Position numbers and translations under genes: made by a program. The notes beneath the pieces are model-generated. The model was not told where the DNA came from. It worked only from the letters and a program-made list of their open reading frames with translations, and ran no database searches. From Ostrea edulis (lineage: Eukaryota), in NCBI RefSeq assembly GCF_947568905.1, contig NC_079167.1:23374001-23438000 (forward strand): DNA of 64,000 nt, written 5' to 3'. Shown piece by piece: positions 52,601 through 63,694 of this stretch (position 1 is its first letter; each line of letters opens with the position of its first letter).

Positions 52601-54760
52601 ACCGTCATCAGCATATATCTTCAGTGCGTATTCTCCTTCTCGGGGTAGTCGAACTTTCACGATATATTTCTCTCTGTCTCTTCGTGCTAGAATATATTTG
52701 CTCAATAATGCCTCATTGATGAGAACATTTTTTAATGCAACGGCAAGGAAGGGAATGCCTGTTACTTCAAATATCAATTCCATATCTCCACTTTTCGTTG
52801 TAATGCGTCCACCACAGTCTGCTCGATTCCTGAGACATATCCCGGCATCCTCTGCATGCGGTGTTACACCCCATCCTAAATCTGGACAATCCGGAAAAGG
52901 CAAGATATTGTCAAGCTTTTCGTCACACTGAATCAGGTATGTACACAAAAGTTTATATGCTTTTGACTTTTTTACATCAACAGCAAAGATATCCATTTGA
53001 AACATTCCAGTAAGAGGCAACTTGATTGTAAATTTTATTTGCCCGTCTGTGTGCTCAAAGAAAACAAATCTTTCGAGAAGTAAATCTACGGGTTTTTCAG
53101 ATCCATCAGAGCTCACCTGCGTCCTGGACTGGCTGAGACTGTATGCAAACTTATAAAACCTTCCTTTTGATTTTGGTAACTTGAAAACGATTTCCACAGG
53201 GTCTCCCTCAGTATGGAGAATACAATTTTCGCACTTGTTTCCAATTTCCATCTCCAGAAGGTGAAACTGTTCCCTGATATAAACTCTCTCCTCAAATCCC
53301 TTTTCTGTAATTGGAGACTGAACAAGTTGCCAACTAGGATCATCGGCGAGGTGAGTCCATAACAACTGTTGTGGATCAACAAGGAAATAAAAGTCATTAA
53401 AAGGGACGGGACCTTCACCGTTTTCAGAAACTCGTTTTAGATTCTTCTTCTTTGTGACTTCAAGTCTGTCAATAGAGTTTCGTTCCTCAACACAGACAGA
53501 AGCCCAGAAACAGTCCACAAGTCTCCATTCACCATCCAAATAAACGCCATTCCACTGAGAGGCCATGTTTTCCCTGCTTACCTCACCCCCAAGTTCATAG
53601 ATGGCGCTTTTTGTCATTCCATTAATTATAACACAAGGAATGTCAGCTAATCTGCAAAGCAATATTAACAAGTGAACGATGTCTGACATTACATGGAGAC
53701 AAGATATACATGTACAAAAAATGTACAAAAATATCAACTTACGAACACATTGTGTAGAAGAGATGTGCATGATCCCCGATCTCACACTGAATCTTTAGAA
53801 AATGTTCGAGGGGAGATCCGTCCGGCGGCAAAACATCAGTGTCGATGTTCATAATGTCGTAGGACACAATCCATCGGAAAATGGCACGGACTTTAAACAG
53901 ATCGTTGACCACCTCACCTTCCGGTGACACAATCATGTATTCTACTACATCCCAAAAGTCTTCAACCAGCAAGTCCGGGGGAACCTGTGGAGAAAATTTA
54001 CACAGTTTGAATTTTCCAAATTCCCCCAAAGCATTTTCTTGTTGTACCATGCAGTCAAATGACAGTTAATGAAAAAGAGTAGATATTGGTGATAATTGTA
54101 AAGCATTCATTAGTATTGCATAACCTACCTGAAGTGCAATATCGTCCATAACCTTGAAGTTGACGCTCTTTAGGAGCTCCTTCTTGGACACGAGGGGCGG
54201 TTTGGGATTGGGCTTGCCTTTCTTACCAACAGTTCCTCGGTGGATAGGCATTGGTTTGTTGACATTCTAAAAGTGTTGCATCATCGATCAGTATGTGTAC
54301 TAAACATGACGTATCAAGGATGAATAAAGAATAATAAGTGTTATAAACTCAAACAAAACAAACTACATCTTACTAGCCCAATAGTTTAGAGTTCGTTCTG
54401 CAAACAGGCTTAAACCCGTCTGTAAGAGCTCGACTCTTGCAGGTTTTATTTTCATTCTTGAATAAAACTGCTCTTCAAATATTACCACATCATAAAATAT
54501 AAAAACGAAAGTACATGAATAGTATCCTGACTTTTTTTGCAATTTAATTTTTTTTATCACAACTTGCTATTTTGAAAATTCTAATTTCTTACTTTTCTGC
54601 TGGTATTTTTCAGTGTACAATCTTGTTCGGTAATGAAATAATTATTTTTTGTTTATTGTTGACGTCATACTACCACTGCACACTACATCTCACAGCCCCT
54701 TACCTTCTCCTGCCCCCTGGGGGTGTCAATAGGGGGCACTTTAGAATTCCCTGTTCCCAT
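46601..54760 (-). CDS. Paralogue A: same family, about 1312 aa, long acidic linker; exons 54760-54704, 54266-54129, 53984-53743, 53651-50929, 48654-48490, 47397-47117, 47036-46851, 46747-46601
   Basis: Seen: phase-consistent chain of 3939 nt. Starts MGTGNSK with an in-frame upstream stop and donor aag|gtaagg. Motifs SKKELLKSVNFKVMDDIALQ, VRAIFRWI, GDHAHLFYTMC, QWNGVYLDGEWRLVDCFWA, YFLVDP..LLWTHLADDPSWQL, EMKKYTKPPNGVHQTLGATFLLLG, DWKKC, FDP, VSKGAAAFYTW. Intron 4 contains the N gap. Confidence 0.86.
47503..47772 (-). mobile_element. Family 2 SINE-like copy, hairpin-head variant
   Basis: Seen: reverse-complement match to 19478-19741 including the (caat)n tail. Confidence 0.8.
47930..48085 (-). 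mobile_element. Family 1 copy
   Basis: Seen: caccagaggttggaacaggtgcctaggaggag...cctgttgaccggtca is the reverse complement of the family 1 core. Confidence 0.65.
48841..48969. other. Assembly gap (129 N)
   Basis: Seen directly; lies in intron 4 of paralogue A. Confidence 1.
49597..49831 (+). mobile_element. 5'-truncated family 2 SINE
   Basis: Seen: ttccatcgccaaacgctcagcatcaggtgtgaatgtcacggg...ggtgacgtctccatatgag...gacgttaagcaagatacaatcaatc. Confidence 0.8.
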
Positions 54761-56149
54761 TGTTATTGGTCATCAATATCCATGACTTTCATAGTTATCA
54801 TCTTTCATTGACTACTGCCTTCAACTACCCAGCACAACTTTTATGTAACCTCCTGACCCAGTCTGCACAGGATTAGCTAGTGTAACATTCTACTAGGCGA
54901 TTTGTGGGTCGCGGATTATGGTTATTAATCTCAGTTTTGCACGTGGAAAATGATCTGATTTTAAGAATACCCAGCTAATCTGTTCAACGATTGAGTTATA
55001 ACTTGGTCAATCGGTCAATGTTGTTGATTTAGTGTAGTGTACAGAATTAAGATTTTTCTTTGTGAGTTTTCATTCTCACTTAAGGGTGTCTGTACATTCA
55101 GTAATGCCATTTTGTATAATGAGATCACAAATTCAAACATTTGGGATAAAAGAATTAAATATAGGTAAAGAAATTAGCATAAAAAAGTAGAGCGTGGTGG
55201 TGTAGGAGCTGGCGGAAGCAGAGGTTACTGTCCACCCATTAGACAAAATGTTAACGTAAAAACTTAAACACTTAGTACTCAATTTCTAGTAAGCCCCATC
55301 ACGGATTTCCAGGTCCAAGAAATGTTGTTACATGTGAAGGGGTGCCACAGTAGCCGTACCCCATGCTCATTTTTTACAGGTCCCGCAAGAGCGCGCGCGG
55401 CCTGTCCTGTAATGGGTTTTTCATTAATGTACATGCGTCTCTGTGGGATAAATATAAATAAATTCTTGGTATCTTTAGAAATGTTAATTCACAACGTTTT
55501 AAATGTAATATCAAAGTATTTCCTAGAAAAAAATGGTTTAAAAGATTTAAGTGTTTGTTTATATGTATAAATATATCATTAGAGTATAACACTATGTAAC
55601 TCTTTAAAAAGATTAAATATTGGAGTAGTTCCCAGGGTTACATGTAGTATCGTTTTCAAAGAGGGAGGGGGCAGAAGTTAGAAATTGACCTGTCTAAATT
55701 TTCTTTACAAACAAATTCCAAAATAGCCTGTGTGTGGCGGGAAGGGGGAAAATCGCCAGTGTGTACAGTTTTCCCCAGGCTTCTATTTTTTTTTTTTTTA
55801 GATTGTGGAGGAGGGATCGCAACACTTAAAACCTTACTTTCTTCACATTCAAATTCACTATCGAAAAAAGTATATGTGGGGGGGGGGGGGGATCACCCAA
55901 TATATTCTTATTTCCATATGAAAATAGCAGAGAATTATCGTTATCAAGCCCCATTGATCCACGTACCTGGTTTAAGCCTATCTTAAAAATTCTTCACAAG
56001 CATACAACAGCAAATAATACCAAAGCTCAAATTCCTAAATCGGGTGGTGGGGGTGGTGGAGGGAGGACGGTGTGATCCTTCAGTACATAGATCCAATTCA
56101 TCCCTTCAACCTTACATGTCCCCACCTTTTATGTGATGTATGGTTTAAT

Positions 56150-56835
56150 CACTATGTTAATAATGAAGTTTTATTTCTAGAATGTCTCAAACAGCGTTTA
56201 ACTGACAACCTCATGCAGTCACGATATGAATTGTTTGATAATTCACCCAAATGTATTCTGTATACATGTAGATACCTTATTGATAATGTTACCATTCAAT
56301 TTTACTTGACAAAATCTATCCGGAAAATCTTATTACTCTTTTAACAAAATTTAGATTGTCTGCTCACCAGCTTAGAATTGAACAAGGTAGATATAATGGC
56401 ACAGCAAGACAAGATCGATTGTGTGAATTTTGTAATTTGAACGAAATTGAAGACGAATATCATTTTATTTTAATATGTCCTTTGTACAAAAACCTCAGAT
56501 CTGCATATATAAAAAAGTATCATTGGTCGCATGCTTCTATGTTTAAACTGGTACAATTGATGTCAGTTCATAATCGAAACAACTCAGTAATCTGGGTAAA
56601 TTTTTAAAAAGTGCTTTACTCTTACGATCTAGCCAAACTATCATCTAATGTATATGCTGGGTTTTTTTTAATGTAAACTTGACTTATAACTCTCTTTATA
56701 ACTCTCTTCATGTATGTCCATCCTCTAATATTCACTCCACTTTTCATATTGTATGCACCTTTTTTGTTTATACTCTGTAATTGAATATGTATTGTGCTGA
56801 TGAGCCGTAAGGCTTACATGTAAAGCCAATAAACA
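56150..56835 (+). mobile_element. LINE 3' fragment (ORF2 C-terminus with CCHC-like knuckle), frameshifted
   Basis: Seen: FRLSAHQLRIEQGRY...RLCEFCNLNEIEDEYHFILICPLYKNLR, typical of non-LTR retrotransposon ORF2 ends; frameshift near 56340; 3' hairpin gccgtaaggc and aataaa. Confidence 0.85.
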
Positions 56836-57589
56836 ATATAATACAGGAGATATGAGATCGTTATCCTCACATTTTCACCGTCTACATAAGTTAACCCTTT
56901 TCATATCGATAATGTACAATTTGACATTTTAGTTTTTTACCATTTCATCCTTCCTCTACCTAATAATCAGCTTATGACTCTCAAGTCGTACATTATTTGG
57001 TCATTAATTTTTATTGACGTGTACTATATATTCTAAGGATTAAGTTTGTACCAGAATGTCATAATATGTTGACGATGCTATCATTGTATATCTGATATTT
57101 AATAATCCCATTCATCTTGAATTTTCAGAACTTTAAGGTTGAAATAGCGTCGCAGTGGTTTGAAATGAGACGCCATACAACAGTCAGTCGTAAAAAGTGA
57201 GGCAAACTTTGTATTTCATTTATGTTGTATTGAATCAGTGTTTGGGACAAATAATTGTATATACATACGTACAAATCTTATCGCCAGAATGGTTTTCGTT
57301 TTGACATTACAGTTATCGCTATCAATATTCTCTAGATGTTAACTTATATTGAGTCCCAAAACCTGTCTTCTCGTAAACATACAATTGGATTTTGAAAAAA
57401 AAGAAAAGAAAAAGGAAAAAAGGATTTGATCTTCAATGTCAAATACTAAGGAAATATATTCTAATGTCAAATCAATGACATGTCATCTGATATCTCGTAA
57501 TTACAAATTACATTTTAAACATGTCAGCAGATTTTCTTGCTTGCATGGAAAAGAAAGAAATACAACCGATTAGAGCAGGATTTAAACAG

Positions 57590-58311
57590 AGAACCACGAG
57601 CCTTCATCTGATGATCTAATCTGAACTAGAACCACGAGCCTTCATCTGGTGATCTAATCTGAACTAGAACCACGAGCCTTCATCTGATGATCTAATCTGA
57701 ACTAGAACCACGAGCCTTCATCTGGTGATCTAATCTGAACTAGAACCACGAGCCTTCATCTGATGATCTAATCTGAACTAGAACCACGAGCCTTCATCTG
57801 GTGATCTAATCTGAACTAGAACCACGAGCCTTCATCTGGTGATCTAATCTGAACTAGAACCACGAGCCTTCATCTGATGATCTAATCTGAACTAGAACCA
57901 CGAGCCTTCATCTGATGATCTAATCTGAACTAGAACCACGAGCCTTCATCTGATGATCTAATCTGAACTAGAACCACGAGCCTTCATCTGATGGTCTAAT
58001 CTGAACTAGAACCACGAGCCTTCATCTGATGATCTAATCTGAACTAGAACCACGAGCCTTCATCTGGTGATCTAATCTGAACTAGAACCACGAGCCTTCA
58101 TCTGATGATCAAATCTGAACTAGAACCACTAGCCTTCATCTGATGATCTAATCTGAACTAGAACCACGAGCCTTCATCTGGTGATCTAATCTGAACTAGA
58201 ACCACGAGCCTTCATCTGATGATCTAATCTGAACTAGAACCACGAGCCTTCATCTGGTGATCTAATCTGAACTAGAACCACTAGCCTTCATCTGATGATC
58301 TAATCTGAACT
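57590..58311. repeat. 38-bp minisatellite, 19 near-identical copies
   Basis: Seen: agaaccacgagccttcatctg(a/g)tgatctaatctgaact at exact 38-nt period. Confidence 0.97.
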
Positions 58312-58541
58312 ACGTGTATCTTGTCAGGGAAAATATCCGCGATGGTTGGTACGTCCATCATATCCATTTTCGCCCCATAACTGACTTGAACTTCGTAATA
58401 GCTCATGTAACAAGTTTGGGGAAGAAGTATTGTTAAGTCAGCTATGGCGCAAAGCGTGATATGCAAATACTTGCTACGTACCAGTTAACCTCGGGATCTT
58501 TGTGTTCACATGCTGAACGGAGTAACCCTTTTTCGTTCAAC

Positions 58542-58999
58542 CTGTATAAATGAAAGGCCAAAGACAAAGTTCTGTTCTGCTACTCTTTTTTATTAAAGAA
58601 ACATTTCATCATTATAATTATTGATTACAATTCATATTATACAATAATAATTACAAACATTATTATAAAAGTTCACACAAAAATTAACGAAGCCATCTGA
58701 AGAATTAAAAAGTTATTTCAGAAATGCGGAATTATACTCAATATCTTACCTGAAAAATGAAAAGCCAAAGACAAAGTTCTGTTCAGCTACTCTTTTTTAT
58801 TAAAGAAACATTTCATCATTATAATTATTGATTACAATTCATATTATACAATAATAATTACAAACATTATTATAAAAGTTCACACAAAAATTAATGAAGC
58901 CATCTGAAGAATTAAGAAGTTATTTCAGAAATGCGGAATTATACTCAATATCTTACCTGTATAAATGAAAGGCCAAAGACAAAGTTCTGTTCAGCTACT
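58542..58999. repeat. 207-208-bp tandem duplication, 2.2 copies
   Basis: Seen: cctgtataaatgaaaggccaaagacaaagttctg at 58541, about 58749 and about 58956, with near-identical AT-rich spacers. Confidence 0.92.
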
Positions 59000-59397
59000 G
59001 AAGAACTCTGTCTCTGTTCCTCGCATTTATACCCCCGTACATCCTCCAAAATTCCTTATCATATTTGTTATATCTTGATAATCTGTAATATTGACATTGG
59101 CTTTTAATTCAAACTCAAAGCCAACACAATTATTTCCTTGAAAAATCTATAATTTAGCGTTGCATAACTTCACTTGTAAGGTTTTGCATAATTTTTAATT
59201 TCATTTTTCTTGTAAATAATATATACAAATGCTTGACCTCTGGTGACTGATTTCTTACACTCCGATTGGTTACACGTTTCCTCTGACCAGAATCAATTTC
59301 ACCCTCATGATCTTGTAAACAAGCTAAAAACATACATACTAATAATCTCCGTCACCTCACCTCACGGTGAAAAGTTCAGACATTTTTGTTCTGCATC

Positions 59398-60274
59398 CTA
59401 CTGTTGTTTTTGTCCCACGTTATTTTGCCAATTCATTACTCCATTCATTACTTTTCTTCCCTCTTTCAGAATTCTATCATCTATTTTATGCATTGCAAAT
59501 TTCGTTATGATACACCCACCTTTTTTCGGCACTCGAATAAAACCAAATAGGGGCATTTTTCCTTCAGACATTTCAGGTTCTGGGTTAGATCCCAGCGTTA
59601 TGTATAATGGAAAAGGAGAAACACCGACTATATGTAACGATACCGGAATTCAAACCAGGGTTCCCTGGATCTCCAGGCAAGTGATTTACCATATACCAAC
59701 TACATATGTACATGTAAGTTACTAGTACTCCGTTACCGCGGATCAAACCAGTCTGAACTGGTTTCGTATTAACCAATTGACAATCTCATCAAAATTAGAT
59801 GTTCTGGATCGTCTATAGTCAGCTGTTAAAAATGTAATTTTAAACAGAGTTAGACTGACCAGTTGACCAACTGATATCTTGAAATAGATCGTCCTCAAAA
59901 GAATTGGGGAAATGATTATCAAAATGTAAAATCACGTAAATTCCTTCTTCCAAGCGAATTAAGATTGAACCAATTTTTTATTTACAAGGAAGGCTAAAAT
60001 GAATGATTATGTATGTGTATATGAAAATCTACTTAAAACGTGACTTTCTAACAAACAGGAAGCTTGTAATTTGCTAAAATTGTATACAATCATACTCATT
60101 TAGCATTGATCAGTTTGTATAAACCATAGCTTATATACCAAAATAACACCATGTACATTTCTACTAACCATGTGCGAAAAAACTCCAGATAAATACATAC
60201 CAGATAATCGTCTTTTGAATTATCATTTGATTTTTAAATCCGTTTTCTTTAAAGGCATAGGGTCTATCTTTGAT
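59398..60274 (-). pseudogene. Small spliced gene of unknown function with an in-frame TAA (59980-59978); exons 60274-60201, 59993-59860, 59627-59398; 5' end not found
   Basis: Seen: three GT-AG bounded segments with matching phases (2, then 1) reading IKDRPYAFKENGFKNQMIIQKTIICLPCK*KIGSILIRLEEGIYVILHFDNHF...WSTVGVSPFPLYITLGSNPEPEMSEGKMPLFGFIRVPKKGGCIITKFAMHK...QKQQ*. No family recognised. Confidence 0.45.
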
Positions 60275-60671
60275 CTTAAAAATGACATCACAATATTTTG
60301 CAAGAAGAACAAAAAAACAAACAAAAAACAAATTTGTAGTATTAATTTTGAGTTATCTATAGCTGCAGCGCTGTGAAATTGAAGTCATTTTGACGTTTAA
60401 GCCATTTATAAAATGTTTGTCTGGAGGACAATATATTAAACTGGTACCCCATTGATTGGTGGCTACACACAAACATAAAAGATGCGAAGTCAACAGGGTA
60501 CCAGTTTAGGCAAATGAGAACAGGGAATTATTTTGTAATTACTATCATATCCAATGTGTTTGTAAACATTCTGAAGAACTTTTTGTGATTTTTTAAGTTA
60601 TGATCTTAAATTTCGCCACCTTTTTGGAACATGCAAAATTTCACCAATACCTTAGAGCCTATGCCTTTAAG

Positions 60672-60923
60672 AAATGAATTCATTATTTTTTCGTTGGATG
60701 AAGCTATACCACGACAATAAAAGACGGAAAAATTGCATCATTGAAGGTGGAAAACTGCATCATTGCGCGTAGCGTATGATGCAGAATTTTCCGGCTTTTT
60801 TGTGGTATACCTCCATCCATCCTCACAAGTCACGGTATTGTGATTGTGTGGAGAGTACGTAATCACAAAACCTTGACTTGTGAGGATGACCTACATCCAG
60901 CGAAAAAAATAATAAATTCATTC
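60672..60923. mobile_element. MITE with about 28-bp imperfect TIRs and internal hairpin
   Basis: Seen: aatgaattcattattttttcgttggatg ... catccagcgaaaaaaataataaattcatt; internal catcctcacaagtca ... tgacttgtgaggatg. Confidence 0.7.
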
Positions 60924-63463
60924 CTTATCATTAAAATATTTCAAATCATTGATTCTAAATGATAAAACATGATGTGATTTGAGTTGAATTAACGATTTGT
61001 TCTTGGACTATATTCTAAATATAACCATGCGACGTAGGTTTTATTAAATTTATTAAGAACTAAAGACAATGGCAGATCTGAAATTAACAAATCACACACC
61101 ACATTACACATGCAACAAAATATACAATTACATAAATTCATATTCGTATTTCCCTTTAAAGAAGTCAAAATATTCCAATGAAATGTACATGATCGACTTT
61201 ATTACTTTACTTCAAAAAGTAACAAATTTTATAGTCCTTGATCAAAAAACGGCCATTTCATAGTAGAGAAATATACTGATAAAAAATAGTTCAACTTACA
61301 TAATTATCAATCAGTTAATAATAAACATTTCAAATCTATACCTTAAGGTGTGGCACAACGGGCAGGTACATGTATAGGTCTACTCCCTCTAAAGCAAATT
61401 TCCCGCACTGATGAAAATAGCCCGCGAAACTTATTTATAGAAGAAAAAGTGGTTAAACTGGTTTTAGCTAGAGTGAGTGAATTCCTACAAACAACCTGGC
61501 CAATAGAATGTTGTGAATAGATTTCATTCAATTAATATAGCACAGCTTAGTATTGAAAAATATGTAGAAAATTCAATTAGATATAAAGATCATCCTGCCA
61601 CATATGTCATTTCGAGATTGGCGTAGTAATTTGTGAATTCACAACAGGAAAACCGTCAACGAAAGCCGTTAATGGTGGCTTCCATAATCTGTTGAACAAA
61701 GGAGTTTCTTGTGAACTGAAAAGTGTAGTTTTAAAAGGATGACTTGGAGACAATTCCTGTGGAGAGAAAATTGTTGGAATTTTGTTGAGTGAAACTGGAA
61801 TGAAGTCCAAGGTTTGATGTTGGTACTAACGGAAAGCGTGGGACATGATCATGATGTGGGATGCGATCAGGGACCAAACAGGTAGGGTCCTTTTGAGAGT
61901 TGTCACGGCTTCAAAGTGGACAAGTGAATGTTACAGAGGGTGTTGCAAGTGCATAAGGCTGTGACAGCTGTTGTAACGTCGTACGGAAGCCTCGTTTCGG
62001 TGCCCACACATAAACATATTTTGCCGGAGTTCGAAACTATCGTCGTTAACGATTAAGGGCTTGTATATATTGCAGTCGCTCTGAGGCAGTGTGCGGTGTA
62101 TCTGATATTTTTGTTTGTGACATGAAGAAATTGTCACAGGGTACGAACTGGACTATTGTCATCCCCAATTGAGTACATTCAACTCTCAGAAGCAGACGAA
62201 TGTTGTTGTTTTTTGGGTCCTCAAATAGCCATGGTTTTTTTTTTCATTCTGCAAATATCATTTATATTTGATATTTGTTTGTTTTTGGTGAATACAATTA
62301 TATAGATTGATATGATTGTTTTAAAGTTTTTCTTTTCAGGATTCTCAATCTACATTTTTTTTTTATAAATACGAAGCATCCAGAGGAATCCCCAACATTC
62401 TGGGCAATTTCCCCCTGTTGAGTACGATATACATATACCACTAATTTTTCAACTAATGAAAAAGCATGTAACATGTAAAATTAATTGATAAAACAATACC
62501 AACTTTAGCTCAACAGAGATTATTGTGTCATTTGTGATGTGTTCCCGCTCACCGCTATTTTAAAAAGCATTTCATTTTCTTATCCGAAACAGCTCAACCA
62601 ATTTTAATCAACATTAGTATATTTTAGCATTAGCTGTAGCATCTTTGGATGTAAAATTCCAAACACTGTTATATTTTGAATTTTCATAGATTACTGACAT
62701 TTACATGTGTCAACTAAATAACACATGGATTAAGGTTTTTGATATTTCTAGAACCTCATGACCTGTATACATGTATGTCAAAACACATTTTGCTATTACT
62801 AATCGTTTTATACTGATAGAATATTTGGTTGAACCGTCATACTACACGTATCCTGACCTTGACCCTATTCGTAATCATTCTTTACTGGACTTCGCCCCCG
62901 GTCTACTTCACTAACAGGATATTTTGCCCCAGTCCTCTAAACACCTTACGCTCAACTGTTGTCCTGTACGGAGCCCTCTCATCCAGTTCTGTGTAGTCAT
63001 ACGGAATTTTGGACCTAACTAATAATGCTGCACAGGAAATTGGACCCCAGATTTCTTTGAATACAGAAATTGTCTCTCTTGTGAATGAATCCTACGAAGC
63101 ATATTTGGATATTTTCAAGAGTAGACCCCAACATATAAAAGTTATAGGTGATAGTAAACCTTTATTATATCGACAAATTCATAGACAAAAGAATTTACAC
63201 ATTTTCAATGATAATACTTTCCTTACCTTTGTACATATAACAAAGAATATGACATGCAATATTCATCAATCTCCGGAATCTCAAAACACATATCACACGT
63301 TAGAATCTTGAGGGTTAATATATCATTTAATTATTACTTGGGTTAGAAAATCATTAGATTTCTTGAACTAAGACTGGCGCTAGTTCCACTCTTCTGATTA
63401 ATTCAATGTTGTTGATAATGTCATGTCGCTTCGCCATGTGTCACGAGTTGCAGGACCTGACTG

Positions 63464-63694
63464 TCACGAGTTGCGGGACCTGACGGTATATGTTTTGTTA
63501 ATAGTGTCCTGTGTGTTGTATCTTGTCAGTTTTTCAGGCGTTTTAAGTAGCCTGGACCGACTTGTCCGCGCAGACGCTGGGCCAAGAGAGATTGTTTGTT
63601 CCACATTTCGGACATCTTCGGTCACTCTCATCCACTCATCCATTGGACGACTGGCACCGCCTGTCTGCTCGACCTCGACAATCATGCCATAAGC
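63464..63694 (-). CDS. Terminal exon of a probable fifth paralogue (E); remainder lies beyond the right edge
   Basis: Seen: acceptor ttttgcttcag, phase 0, reading AYGMIVEVEQTGG...RSRNS*. Matches the starts of the terminal exons of C (SDQMIKEVEANSG) and A (TNNMVQEAES), which follow the AAAFYxW exon. Confidence 0.62.
   Translation of the reverse strand, partial: AYGMIVEVEQTGGASRPMDEWMRVTEDVRNVEQTISLGPASARTSRSRLLKTPEKLTRYNTQDTINKTYTVRSRNS

Noticed and set aside
16512-53418. Many short antisense or alternate-frame ORFs over the large exons
   Set aside because: Shadows of the real minus-strand coding exons, with no independent motifs or splice support.
55332-55370. Alternative first exon for paralogue A (MSMGYGYCGTPSH|gtaaca)
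   Set aside because: Weaker donor; the exon at 54760-54704 (MGTGNSK) has a stronger donor, an upstream in-frame stop and parallels paralogue D.
56790-56825. Hammerhead-like ctgatgagccgtaaggc
   Set aside because: GAAA core absent after the hairpin; better explained as a LINE 3' stem-loop.
57590-58311. CRISPR array, or multimeric hammerhead ribozyme (CTGATGA in the unit)
   Set aside because: No unique spacers and eukaryotic context; CTGATGA is not followed by stem II plus GAAA, and many copies read CTGGTGA.
59243-59725. 160-aa plus-strand ORF
   Set aside because: Largely antisense to the better supported minus-strand exon 59627-59398; no recognisable motif.
13296-63694. One giant multi-repeat gene instead of separate paralogues
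   Set aside because: Each unit has its own terminal exon with a stop codon and its own ATG exon; no in-frame link between units was found.
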